From contig JAZOVZ010000078.1 in assembly GCA_045658965.1 (NCBI GenBank), positions 1,252-65,251 on the forward strand: a stretch of DNA of 64,000 nt, given 5' to 3'. This document shows positions 26,237-35,224 of the stretch, in pieces. Position 1 is the stretch's first letter. Every line of letters begins with the position of its first letter. Under the pieces are notes generated by a model. It worked only from the letters and a program-made list of their open reading frames with translations, did not search any database and was not told the DNA's origin. The position numbers and the translations under genes are program-made. The stretch comes from Eubacteriales bacterium. GTDB lineage: Bacteria; Bacillota; Clostridia; Oscillospirales; CAG-272.

Positions 26237-27382
26237 ATGAATATCACGCCCTTTTATGCTGCATACGCCGAGCTGCGCGCACGCGTAGCCCCCTTTCGTC
26301 TGCGCACCGATTTTGAAACTCGCAAAACCGTTGCCAATATTGACGCGCTGATGGGGCGCGCACAGGATATTGACGCGGGCATCCATCCAAGCGCACGCTT
26401 TGGCTGGGCTGTCGGGCACACTGTACAAAACTTTATGGAGCGTGCCGAGCGTTACGTATGTGCGCTTGAGCGGGGCGAATACCCCTTGCGCGGCATGTTC
26501 TGTGAGCCGGGCATGAGCTTTATCGACCACTCGTTTGTCGAAAAGGACGGCATCATGCACGTGTTTTACATTCGCGGCAACGTGGGATATGAGTGGGACA
26601 CCCGCTTTTGCGACACCTTTGGGCACGCGACCTCGACCGACCTTGTGCATTGGGATATTCATCCGCCCTGCCTTTGTACCACACGCGGCGGCGTGGACAG
26701 CTATCAGGTCTGGGCACCCGGTGTGACCGAGAAGGACGGCGTTTACTACATGTACTACACGGGCGTCAACCTTGACGTGGCGCAATCCATCTGCCTTGCG
26801 ACCTCGCGCGATCTTTTTGCATGGGAGAAATACCAGGGCAACCCCGTGGTGCTGCCCGGAGAATGGGGCGCGTGGCGAGAGGACGCGTGGTCGGATTGCC
26901 GCGATTCCATGGTGTTCCTTGACGATGACGGAACGGCTTACATGTACTACTGCACCGCCAAAAAGACCGAGGACGGCGGCATGCGCACCGCGCTTGGCAT
27001 CTCGTCCTCGCGCGATATGATCCACTGGCAGGACGAGGGTGCTTACACCTTTGACATTTGCGATATTACGCTGGAGTCGCCCTTTGTACTCAAAAAGGAC
27101 GGCAAATATTACCTCTTTTACACCAATTGCTCTCGCGGCACGTCCTATGCCGTGTCGGATAATCCCATATCGGGCTGGCAATCGCTCGGCATGCTGCTTG
27201 AGCCCAAGGTGCCCCCGCTCTGCCCTGCCAACGTGCCCTCCTGCGCGGAGGTATTCTGCTACAAGGGCAGATGGTACATCTCCTGCGCCGAGCGTCAGCC
27301 GGGCTGCGAGCAGTACCTTGAGATCTTTGAGCTGTATTGGCAAGAGGATGGCACCGTCAAGGTGGGAAAGAGATTAGAATAA
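26237..27382 (+). CDS. five-bladed beta-propeller glycoside hydrolase-like protein (GH32/GH43/GH68 clan; family uncertain)
   Basis: Repeated blade motifs: DGIMHVFY, VWAPGVTEKDGVYYMYYTG, CRDSMVFLDDDGTAYMYY and ESPFVLKKDGKYYLFYT. Confidence 0.65.
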   Translation: MNITPFYAAYAELRARVAPFRLRTDFETRKTVANIDALMGRAQDIDAGIHPSARFGWAVGHTVQNFMERAERYVCALERGEYPLRGMFCEPGMSFIDHSFVEKDGIMHVFYIRGNVGYEWDTRFCDTFGHATSTDLVHWDIHPPCLCTTRGGVDSYQVWAPGVTEKDGVYYMYYTGVNLDVAQSICLATSRDLFAWEKYQGNPVVLPGEWGAWREDAWSDCRDSMVFLDDDGTAYMYYCTAKKTEDGGMRTALGISSSRDMIHWQDEGAYTFDICDITLESPFVLKKDGKYYLFYTNCSRGTSYAVSDNPISGWQSLGMLLEPKVPPLCPANVPSCAEVFCYKGRWYISCAERQPGCEQYLEIFELYWQEDGTVKVGKRLE

Positions 27383-27393
27383 GGAGACAAGAT

Positions 27394-27945
27394 ATGTACG
27401 AAAAAGAAGAAAAAAGAAAAGTCAAGCGACGCGCAGAGGTGATCAAGGAACAAAAGCATATGGCGTTGACGAGCGTTTTGCTGGCGGTTGTGCTCCTTGC
27501 TATTTTGTACGTGATGCTGTTAACCTTTGGAATCGTCTGCATCGTGGCGGCAGTCACGCAGACAAACGGCATGATCGTGCTGATCCTGCTGTTCTCGTTT
27601 GTAGCCCTGCTCTGCTTTGCGGGCTGCGTGATTGCAACCTTCTCTCTTGGCAAGGGGCTCGGACAATATCTGGCGATACTGCTCGACCGCTATACCTTGG
27701 AGCTTGACCGCATTGAGCTTTTGGAGCTTAAGACCGAGGTAGAATGGGTTCACAATACCCTTGGCAAGGGATATCATCGCGAATACGTGACCAACCAGTA
27801 CGCGCATTTTGCCAAGCACGGCAAATTCCAAACCAAGCAGACGCTTGAGCAGGGCGAGGAATGCTACGTGTTTGTCGCGCTGACAAAAAAGCCCCGTATC
27901 ATTTGCGTGTATCAGGCTGACGAATACTTGATTGTGGAGAGATAA
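27394..27945 (+). CDS. membrane protein, unknown function (tandem paralog A)
   Basis: AAGGAGA RBS, two TM helices, then a soluble tail (LELKTEVEW...VTNQYAHFAKHGKF...GEECYVFVALTKKP). Confidence 0.7.
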   Translation: MYEKEEKRKVKRRAEVIKEQKHMALTSVLLAVVLLAILYVMLLTFGIVCIVAAVTQTNGMIVLILLFSFVALLCFAGCVIATFSLGKGLGQYLAILLDRYTLELDRIELLELKTEVEWVHNTLGKGYHREYVTNQYAHFAKHGKFQTKQTLEQGEECYVFVALTKKPRIICVYQADEYLIVER

Positions 27946-27946
27946 C

Positions 27947-28486
27947 ATGTACGAACAGGATAAAAAAGTCATACTGACGCGCGAGGACATCGTGCAGCAG
28001 CATCAGCACGATTTGTTGATCGAGCTTTTGAAAACCATTGTTGCCGAAGTTTTTTTCATTGCCTTTTGCGTGCTTGTCACATGGAATACGGTTGCCAAAT
28101 GGCACAGCCGCACGTGGTTTGCCTGCGCGGTGATGATACTGATCGCGGTGATTTTGTGGGCGGTGGCTGTGATGGTCGTGGACGCCATCCGGCAGCAATG
28201 CATTCGCTTGCTTTATCTGCGCCAAGGCAAGTTCACCATTGAGATCGACCGCGTGGGTCTTTTGGAGCTCAAGACCGAGGAGGAATACGTATCCTCCCCC
28301 GGATCTCGCGGCGGTCATACCGAGATCGTGACCAACCAATACGTCCATTTTCAAAAATACGGCAAAGTGAAATCGAATCGCCCCCTTAAAAACGGACAGG
28401 AATGCTACCTTCTTGTAGTGCTGACCAAAAAACCGCACGTGCTTAAATTTTGGGAATGTGACATTCATGAAATAAAAGGAGTGTAG
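27947..28486 (+). CDS. membrane protein, unknown function (tandem paralog B)
   Basis: Starts 1 nt after the stop of paralog A. Same architecture (LELKTEEEY...VTNQYVHFQKYGKV...GQECYLLVVLTKKP). Confidence 0.7.
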   Translation: MYEQDKKVILTREDIVQQHQHDLLIELLKTIVAEVFFIAFCVLVTWNTVAKWHSRTWFACAVMILIAVILWAVAVMVVDAIRQQCIRLLYLRQGKFTIEIDRVGLLELKTEEEYVSSPGSRGGHTEIVTNQYVHFQKYGKVKSNRPLKNGQECYLLVVLTKKPHVLKFWECDIHEIKGV

Positions 28487-28516
28487 CAAGGAATAGCTAC
28501 CATATCCGGGTATCGC

Positions 28517-28624
28517 CCGAATTTTTGTCTGTCATCCTCGAGCAAGCATTTCGGGCCAGATTCTTCGCTTCGCTCGAGAATGACAGCCCGAAATGCGCCG
28601 CGAAGGATCTCGACAAAAATTCGG
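28517..28624. repeat. structured intergenic element with interleaved inverted repeats
   Basis: A (28517-29)/A' (28612-24) is a 13/13 match. B (28530-43)/B' (28572-85) is 13/14. C (28546-56)/C' (28586-96) is 11/11. The order is A-B-C-B'-C'-A'. Confidence 0.7.
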
Positions 28625-28687
28625 TTTGAACCGAAACTCCCCATGCCATTTGACATCCAAGATAAATACATCAGAACGGAGATCATT

Positions 28688-29800
28688 ATGAAAAAATACG
28701 ACATTGCAGCATACGTTTGGCCGTCCTACACGGGTGACGAGCCTCGCTCCCGCATTTTTTGGCCCGAGGGCTACGGTGAATGGCAGACCGTTAAAGCCAT
28801 GACCGCGCGCTTTCCCGGTCACCAGTGGCCGCGCAAGCCCCGTTGGGGATACGTGAATGAAGCTGACCCCTACGTCATGGAAATGCAGATCGAGGCGGCA
28901 GTATCGCACGGCGTCAACGTATTCATTTACGACTGGTACTGGTATGACAACCGCCCGTTCCTTGAAAATTGCCTCAACGACGGTTTCCTCGCGGCGCGCA
29001 ACAACCACAAAATGAAGTTCTATCTGATGTGGGCAAACCACACCGCCGAGAGCCTTTGGGACAAGCGCACCTCCGAGTGCAAGGTGCCGATCTGGGACGG
29101 TGCGGTCAACCGCGAAACCTTTAACGGCATTGTGCACCGCACCATTGAGAAGTACTTCTCGCATCCCTCTTACTACAAGATCGACGGCAAGCCTGTCTAT
29201 ATGCTCTTCGACCTTGAAAATTTGGTGCGCGGCTTTGGCGGCGTGCAGCAGACCTTGGATGCCATCGAATATTTCCGCGAGGAAACAATCAAGGCGGGCT
29301 ATCCCGGTCTTTGCCTGCACCTGACCATTCGTTCCCGCCAGTACATGCAGCGCATGCTGGATGCCGAGACCGACATTTTCACCTTTATTAACAAGGTGGG
29401 CTTTGACGGTGTGACGCACTATCAGTTCGTGGACTTTGCCTACATGGGCAGACCCTACCCTGTCATCCTGGAGGACGTCAAGCGCGAGTGGGAGTACATT
29501 GACGCAAACATCAACGCGCCCTACTATCCACAGGTATCGGTTGGTTGGGATGCAACGCCTCGCTTTATCACCAAGGAAATTTACCAGATCTGCACCGAAA
29601 ACACGCCCGAAAACGTGCAAAAGGGCTTTGAGCTGGCAAAGCAGTACCTTGACGAAAAGCACCCCGACAGACACCCCTTGCTCACGGTCAACAGCTGGAA
29701 CGAATGGACCGAGAGCAGCTACCTTGAGCCCGACGATCTTTACGGCTACGGGTACTTGGAAACAATAAAGAAGGTATTCCTCGATGAAAACGATCAATAG
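28688..29800 (+). CDS. GH99-like / WbsX-family domain protein
   Basis: Start at MKKYDIAAYVWPSY behind ACGGAGA. It has the GEWQTV and HGVNVFIYDWYWY motifs typical of the WbsX/GH99-like family (from memory). Confidence 0.65.
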   Translation: MKKYDIAAYVWPSYTGDEPRSRIFWPEGYGEWQTVKAMTARFPGHQWPRKPRWGYVNEADPYVMEMQIEAAVSHGVNVFIYDWYWYDNRPFLENCLNDGFLAARNNHKMKFYLMWANHTAESLWDKRTSECKVPIWDGAVNRETFNGIVHRTIEKYFSHPSYYKIDGKPVYMLFDLENLVRGFGGVQQTLDAIEYFREETIKAGYPGLCLHLTIRSRQYMQRMLDAETDIFTFINKVGFDGVTHYQFVDFAYMGRPYPVILEDVKREWEYIDANINAPYYPQVSVGWDATPRFITKEIYQICTENTPENVQKGFELAKQYLDEKHPDRHPLLTVNSWNEWTESSYLEPDDLYGYGYLETIKKVFLDENDQ

Positions 29801-30197
29801 TCATCAGATCAGGCTGGGCATGTGTCTGTCCATTGGCGGCACCATACTCTCAGCCTGGGCTGCCGCGCTGACGCTGCGCAATCTTGGCGGCATTCTCGCG
29901 CTGTTTTTGGAAAGCGGCGGCGAGCTTGACTTTATTGCCATTTTCTCGCAGTTAGAGGGCGCACGCATCAGCCCGCATTGGCTGCTGCCGCTGCTCTTGT
30001 TTGCCGCCTTTGCCGCGCTTTTGCTGTTTTTCCCGCCCAAGGGAAGCAAAAAGCCCTTATGGATCGCACTTTACGCCTGCGGCGGCGTTGCGCTGCTGCT
30101 TGTCAGCTTTGTGCTCTCACTGCTGCTTTGCCGCGTCAATGACGTGCGTTTTCTCGATCTTTTGCGTGCGCTGATCCCCGTGATCGGCTCACTGTAA
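29784..30197 (+). CDS. small membrane protein, unknown function
   Basis: 137 aa, 3-4 hydrophobic helices, with a 17-nt overlap to the upstream gene. Confidence 0.55.
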   Translation: MKTINSHQIRLGMCLSIGGTILSAWAAALTLRNLGGILALFLESGGELDFIAIFSQLEGARISPHWLLPLLLFAAFAALLLFFPPKGSKKPLWIALYACGGVALLLVSFVLSLLLCRVNDVRFLDLLRALIPVIGSL

Positions 30198-30209
30198 GGG
30201 GGTGGCAGC

Positions 30210-31586
30210 ATGAAAAAGATACTCATTTTTCTGCTTGCGCTTTGCCTTTTGATCCCCGCACTTGCCGCGTGCGCGCAGGATAAGGACACATATCAATCCG
30301 AGGGCGACGCTTGGTGCATGGGCTTTGGCTCGGTGGAAATTTCTCTACCAGAAAGCACCGATCAGCCGCTCTATATCGCGGGCTACCACTCCGGACGCGA
30401 GATCACGGGCGTGCTGGATCTGCAGCGCGCAAGTGCTGCTTGGATCGACACGGGCGCGGGCGGCGTTTTGCTGATCGGCATTGATTGCGTGGGGCTTGGC
30501 AACGACACGGTGACCGCCATTCGCAACCGCCTCAAGGATTTTTGCAAGCAGATAGGCTGCATTTCAATCAACGTATACGCCACGCATACGCATGCCGGCA
30601 TTGATACGCTGGGACTTTGGGGGCCTGCTGCGCAGGACGGCAAGAACGACGCTTTTATGCAAAACCTGATCGATGCGGCTGTGCTGGCGGCACAAGCGGC
30701 TTATGACGACCGCACCGAGGGCACGCTATACTTTGGCTCTACCCTGCCCCAAGACCTGCTTTATGACTCGCGCGAGCCGCACGAATACGATCCCAATCTC
30801 TATCAACTGCGCTTTGTACCGCATGACGATGCGCAAAACGGCATTCGTCTGCTCTCGTACGCCTCGCATGCCGAATCCCTGCGCGGTGCAAACACGCTGC
30901 TCAGCCGCGATTTTCCGGGTGCTGTAGCGGATGCGATCAAGGCAGCCACGGGCGACGACGCCATGTTTATGCCGGGTGCTGTTGGTGGATTGATTATGAC
31001 GCGCGAGCTGACAGAGCCCTTTGACGCGGTAGAAAACATGCGCAAGACCGCCGAGATTCTGACCGACGCGATTCTTTCCATTGATAACGAAGCCGCGCTC
31101 TCGCCTGCGCTTGCATACGCGCGCGTAGACGTGGAGATCCCGCTTGACAACACCCTGTTCTTTTACTACAAATTCCTCGGTATCCTTGGCAACGAGGTCA
31201 GCCGCGGTGAGAGTATGACGGGCTACAACCTGCATAGTGAGCTGGGCGTACTGCAGCTGGGCGAGGTCGCGCTTTGCCTGATGCCGGGCGAGATCTTCCC
31301 CGAGCTGGTCAGCGGCAAGGGGCTTGGCGAAGGCGATCCCACGCCGCTATCCGAGATTGCACAAAAATACGGCGTGCAAAATTTGCTGATCGTGGGGCTT
31401 TGCAACGACGAGCTTGGCTATATCATTCCCCCGAGCAACTATCTGCTCAACGAGGACGCGCCCTATATAGACACCGTGACCGATGCCACGGGCGAAAACC
31501 ACTACGAGGAAACCAACTCCACAGGTATTGCCACGGCGCGCATCATTGCGGATGCATTTGCAGCTGCGCTTGAAAAGCTGGGGTAA
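30210..31586 (+). CDS. lipoprotein, neutral/alkaline ceramidase N-terminal-domain-like hydrolase
   Basis: Lipobox LAACAQ. The pattern PLYIAGY...LLIGIDCVG...VYATHTHAG resembles the ceramidase N-terminal domain family (from memory). Confidence 0.55.
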   Translation: MKKILIFLLALCLLIPALAACAQDKDTYQSEGDAWCMGFGSVEISLPESTDQPLYIAGYHSGREITGVLDLQRASAAWIDTGAGGVLLIGIDCVGLGNDTVTAIRNRLKDFCKQIGCISINVYATHTHAGIDTLGLWGPAAQDGKNDAFMQNLIDAAVLAAQAAYDDRTEGTLYFGSTLPQDLLYDSREPHEYDPNLYQLRFVPHDDAQNGIRLLSYASHAESLRGANTLLSRDFPGAVADAIKAATGDDAMFMPGAVGGLIMTRELTEPFDAVENMRKTAEILTDAILSIDNEAALSPALAYARVDVEIPLDNTLFFYYKFLGILGNEVSRGESMTGYNLHSELGVLQLGEVALCLMPGEIFPELVSGKGLGEGDPTPLSEIAQKYGVQNLLIVGLCNDELGYIIPPSNYLLNEDAPYIDTVTDATGENHYEETNSTGIATARIIADAFAAALEKLG

Positions 31587-31633
31587 AAATGCATTTGCCC
31601 GCAAATTCAACGAAAAACCAAACTGAAAAATAT

Positions 31634-31673
31634 AAGCAGGGGTCTGTTGTCAAGTATCAGACTCCTGCTTTTT
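31634..31673 (+). terminator. intrinsic terminator
   Basis: AAGCAGGgGTCTG...CAGACtCCTGCTT followed by TTT. Confidence 0.75.
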
Positions 31674-31859
31674 AGCGGTCACAGGGCATGAAAAAGCGCG
31701 ATGGCTAATATGCACTTACCGCTTATTTTGCGTGCAGATTCCACTAACGGTAGATTTTATCAACCGAAATTGAACGCAGCGGTTCTTGCTTTTCCTGACA
31801 AATGTGCTATACTGTAATCAGAGCAAACGTTTGTTACTTTCGCAATAAAGGAGTATTAT

Positions 31860-32915
31860 ATGGAAATCAGCTTTTCTACGATAATCAAGGAGCTGCGCAA
31901 AGAACGCGGTATCACACAAGAGGATCTTGCCACCTATCTTGGCATCTCGGTGCAATCGGTTTCCAAATGGGAACGCGGAGACGGTATGCCCGATATTTCT
32001 CTGCTGCCCCACATTGCTGCGTTTTACGACACCACCGTGGACTACCTGCTCGGCTGTGACGCTGCGCGTCAGCAAAAGGAGATCGAAGCATTCAAAACGA
32101 AAGCGCAGGCGTTGGTCAACAAGGGCAAACGCCGCGAATCCTTGGAGCTGTGCAGAGAGTATCAAAAGAAATACCCACACAACGAGACTGTGCTCAATCA
32201 TCTGATGCACGACCTTTACATCGTGGACCGCACGGGCAACAGCAGCGAGATCATCAGCATTGCCGACAAGCTTTTGGGCAGCAAAAATTCGGAGATACAT
32301 TTTTCCGCACTGACAATGCTTACACTGACACATGCATCCATCGGCAACGATCAGATTGCCGTTGAATATGCTAAGCAGGTGCCTACCAACAAGGATCTGT
32401 TGCGCCTGGTGCTCAAGGGCGACGAGCTTGTGGAGCACTGCAAGTGGTATTTCTGGAAGGTATGCGATGAACTGAATATGGCAGAAAGTCAGTTGACTAC
32501 CTGCCCCGAAGCAAATTATTCTCCCGAGGAACGCCACGCCATCCGAAAAGGCATCTACGATATCTTCCATATCGTATTTTCGGACGGTGATTTCGGCTTT
32601 TGGGAAAACAGACTTGCAAGCATTTGCCGCGGCTTAGCACTGAGCTCGATCGAGGCAGGACAGATTGATCGGGCGTTTGCAGAGCTTGCGGAAATGTGCG
32701 ATCACCTGGAACTCTACGCGCAATTTACCTGCATTGACCATACCTCCCCCATGGTCAAGGGGCTGCATTACGAGGACGCGCAGGTTGGCAGAAGCAGCGA
32801 ACGCAGCTTGGCAAGCATTTATCTCAATCACTTGGACGTCAATCCTATTTTCCAAAAGCTTGAAGAAAACGAAAAGTTGCTTACCATCAAAAACAGATTG
32901 CAGGCGCTGGGATAA
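31860..32915 (+). CDS. XRE-family helix-turn-helix regulator with helical (TPR-like) C-terminal domain
   Basis: N-terminus IKELRKERGITQEDLATYLGISVQSVSKWERG. Confidence 0.85.
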   Translation: MEISFSTIIKELRKERGITQEDLATYLGISVQSVSKWERGDGMPDISLLPHIAAFYDTTVDYLLGCDAARQQKEIEAFKTKAQALVNKGKRRESLELCREYQKKYPHNETVLNHLMHDLYIVDRTGNSSEIISIADKLLGSKNSEIHFSALTMLTLTHASIGNDQIAVEYAKQVPTNKDLLRLVLKGDELVEHCKWYFWKVCDELNMAESQLTTCPEANYSPEERHAIRKGIYDIFHIVFSDGDFGFWENRLASICRGLALSSIEAGQIDRAFAELAEMCDHLELYAQFTCIDHTSPMVKGLHYEDAQVGRSSERSLASIYLNHLDVNPIFQKLEENEKLLTIKNRLQALG

Positions 32916-33031
32916 TGCTTAACCTCAAATATTTTTGATTATTTTTGCATTCCCTATTGACAATCTGATTGTTTCGTGTTATAATTTGATTACAGTACAC
33001 GTTCACGTGACCGTTTTCAAGGAGGTTGACC

Positions 33032-33937
33032 ATGAAATCGTATCCCCCGCGCTCACTCAAGGATGACAAACTGGAAAAGTTAATATGGTTCTTGCCCGGG
33101 CTTGCATCGACCCTGCTGGTCATTTTCATCGGCATTCTGTATATCGCGCCGTTCGCCTTTATCGGTGCTGCGCTGTTTAAGATGCACGGCTGGATCGCGC
33201 TGCTCGTGCCCGTTATAGGCGTGCTGATTGCCGCCGTTGCGGTACTTTGCATCATTGCGAGCTACCGCAGCAAATCGCGCCGCCTGATCAAAAAGGCGTG
33301 CAAGCGCAACGGCTATCAGCTCAAAATATGCCACAGCCTTTTGACCACGGTCATCAGTGCGCGCCAAGGTCCCGACATGATCATTGACGCGGGCGAGGAG
33401 GTCTTTGCCATCAAGTACATGCCCATCCTTTTGCGCCAGCTGCAGGTTACCTTCAACCGCACGCACGCGACCATGCAAAACACCCTGCGATTTTTAACCA
33501 AGCCCATGTTCCCTATCCCTGTGAAAAAGAAGCTGAAATTTGACACCGACGGCATTTTCGTGCGTCCCGATCAGAAATTGGTCAAGGTCATTCTGTTCTC
33601 CCCCACCCCCGTACGTGTATACGGATATAAGGAAAAGGAAGAAGGCGGCAGCGGTGCACCGCAAAGCGATTACAATCCCGACGTAACGGGCATGACCATG
33701 GTGGTGCAGGCATCCAAATACGGCAACAAGATGCGCATGGCAACGCTCAAGCCGCTTGAGACCGAGTACAACGAATTTGAAATGGACAACGGCATGCAGG
33801 ACGTTTGGGGCACTTACACCTTTGGCGGCTTTGCGTTTGCGAGGTATTTGGAAAGACTTGATTTTGAGCGCAAGGTCAGCAAGGAGAAAGCGCACAGACA
33901 GAGCAAAAACGCGTGGGAGAAATACCGACTCGGCTAA
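33032..33937 (+). CDS. membrane protein, unknown function
   Basis: GGAGG RBS 6 nt before the ATG at 33032; two N-terminal TM helices. The upstream promoter is TTGACA-N17-TGTTATAAT. Confidence 0.65.
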   Translation: MKSYPPRSLKDDKLEKLIWFLPGLASTLLVIFIGILYIAPFAFIGAALFKMHGWIALLVPVIGVLIAAVAVLCIIASYRSKSRRLIKKACKRNGYQLKICHSLLTTVISARQGPDMIIDAGEEVFAIKYMPILLRQLQVTFNRTHATMQNTLRFLTKPMFPIPVKKKLKFDTDGIFVRPDQKLVKVILFSPTPVRVYGYKEKEEGGSGAPQSDYNPDVTGMTMVVQASKYGNKMRMATLKPLETEYNEFEMDNGMQDVWGTYTFGGFAFARYLERLDFERKVSKEKAHRQSKNAWEKYRLG

Positions 33938-33955
33938 CCCTCACCACACGGACGA

Positions 33956-34103
33956 CCCCACTCTTGAGAGTTTTTGCGTCGCTTTTTTCAAAAAGCGACC
34001 GCCCATCCAAGGGCGCGCAGCCCTTGGTCGCGCCCGCAGGCGCGAAAGATCCAAAACGCCGTTTTTGGTTCTTTTTGCGGCAATTTTGCCAAAAAGAACG
34101 GAA
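33956..34103 (+). repeat. multi-hairpin intergenic element, copy L
   Basis: A chain of five different hairpins (GCGTCGCTTTTTtcAAAAAGCGAC, CCAAGGGCgcgcaGCCCTTGG, TCGCGCCcgcaGGCGCGA, CCAAAACGccGTTTTTGG, TTCTTTTTGcggcaattttgcCAAAAAGAA). An inverted copy lies at 34311-34468. Confidence 0.85.
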
Positions 34104-34128
34104 ACAATTTCATCACATAAACAAACAA

Positions 34129-34158
34129 GGGAGTTACCTACGTAGGTAGCTCCCTTTT
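34129..34158. terminator. bidirectional terminator
   Basis: GGGAGttACCTACGTAGGTagCTCCC followed by TTTT, preceded by an A-rich tract. Confidence 0.7.
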
Positions 34159-34190
34159 GTTATGGGGTTATATGTGTAAAATGGCGAATC

Positions 34191-34288
34191 TGTAGGGGAG
34201 GGGTTTCCCCTCCCGCGAATTTGGATTCCGACACCCAAACGGATAAGCAATGCCGGTACCAACAGGAGGCGAAACGCCTCCCCTACAG
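34191..34288. repeat. inverted pair of GTAGGGG-type REP palindromes
   Basis: CTGTAGGGGAGGGGTTTCCCCTCC at 34190-34213 and GGAGGCGAAACGCCTCCCCTACAG at 34265-34288. Confidence 0.85.
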
Positions 34289-34310
34289 AATCAGGGCATT
34301 GCGTTGCGCA

Positions 34311-34468
34311 AAGCCTTTCCGTTCTTTCTTTGAGCAAGTAGGCACAAAGAAAGAACCAAAGAAATGCCGTTTAAGAGATTTCGCGCCTGCGGGCGCGACT
34401 TGGGGCGCCGCCCCAAGTCCCCGGTCGCTTTTTGAAAAAAGCGACGCAAAAACTTTCGTGAGTGGGGT
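34311..34468 (-). repeat. multi-hairpin intergenic element, copy R (inverted)
   Basis: Its reverse complement aligns with 33956-34103 along its length. Shared blocks include TTTTTGCGTCGCTTTTTTCAAAAAGCGACCG and TCGCGCCCGCAGGCGCGAAA. Confidence 0.85.
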
Positions 34469-34480
34469 GATATGAGCTGT

Positions 34481-35224
34481 TTAGAGCACCTTCGCCAAGA
34501 AGTTCTTGAGTCTTTCACTCTTGGGGTGATCGAAGATCTCCGTGGGTGTGCCCTCTTCCACAATCACGCCGCCGTCCATGAAGATCACGCGGGTTGCAAC
34601 CTCGCGCGCAAAGCCCATTTCGTGCGTGACCGTCAGCATGGTCATACCCTTGCGTGCCAGATCCTTCATAACCTCCAGTACCTCTCCAACCATTTCGGGG
34701 TCAAGCGCAGAGGTCGGCTCGTCAAACAGCATGACCTCGGGCTCCATGCAAAGCGCGCGTACAATGGCAATTCTCTGCTTCTGTCCGCCCGACAGCTGGC
34801 TGGGATATGCTCCCGCTCTGTCCGCAAGTCCTACCGTTTGCAAAAGCTCCTTGGCTCTTGCCTCGGCTTCCATCTTGGTCTTGCCCAACAGCTTTGTGGG
34901 AGCAAGCGTCATGTTTTTCAGTACCGTCATGTGCGGGAACAGATTGAAATGCTGGAACACCATGCCCATCTTCTGACGGTGCAGGTTGATGTTGGTCTTT
35001 TTGTCCATCAGATCCACGCCGCCAACCAAAATCTGTCCCGAGGTCGGCTGCTCAAGCAAATTCAGCGAGCGCAAAAGCGTAGACTTACCGCTGCCCGAAG
35101 GTCCGATAATAACCACGACCTCGCCGCGCTCCACGTCCATATCCACGCCGTCCAGCGCGTGCACGCCACCCTCGTAATACTTTTTGAGGTCCTTGACGCT
35201 GATAATGCAATCCTTAGCGTTCAC
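34481..35224 (-). CDS. amino acid ABC transporter ATP-binding protein (GlnQ/polar amino acid type)
   Basis: [27 protein letters not shown]-like ([15 protein letters not shown]), [13 protein letters not shown]. Confidence 0.93.
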   Translation of the reverse strand: MNAKDCIISVKDLKKYYEGGVHALDGVDMDVERGEVVVIIGPSGSGKSTLLRSLNLLEQPTSGQILVGGVDLMDKKTNINLHRQKMGMVFQHFNLFPHMTVLKNMTLAPTKLLGKTKMEAEARAKELLQTVGLADRAGAYPSQLSGGQKQRIAIVRALCMEPEVMLFDEPTSALDPEMVGEVLEVMKDLARKGMTMLTVTHEMGFAREVATRVIFMDGGVIVEEGTPTEIFDHPKSERLKNFLAKVL

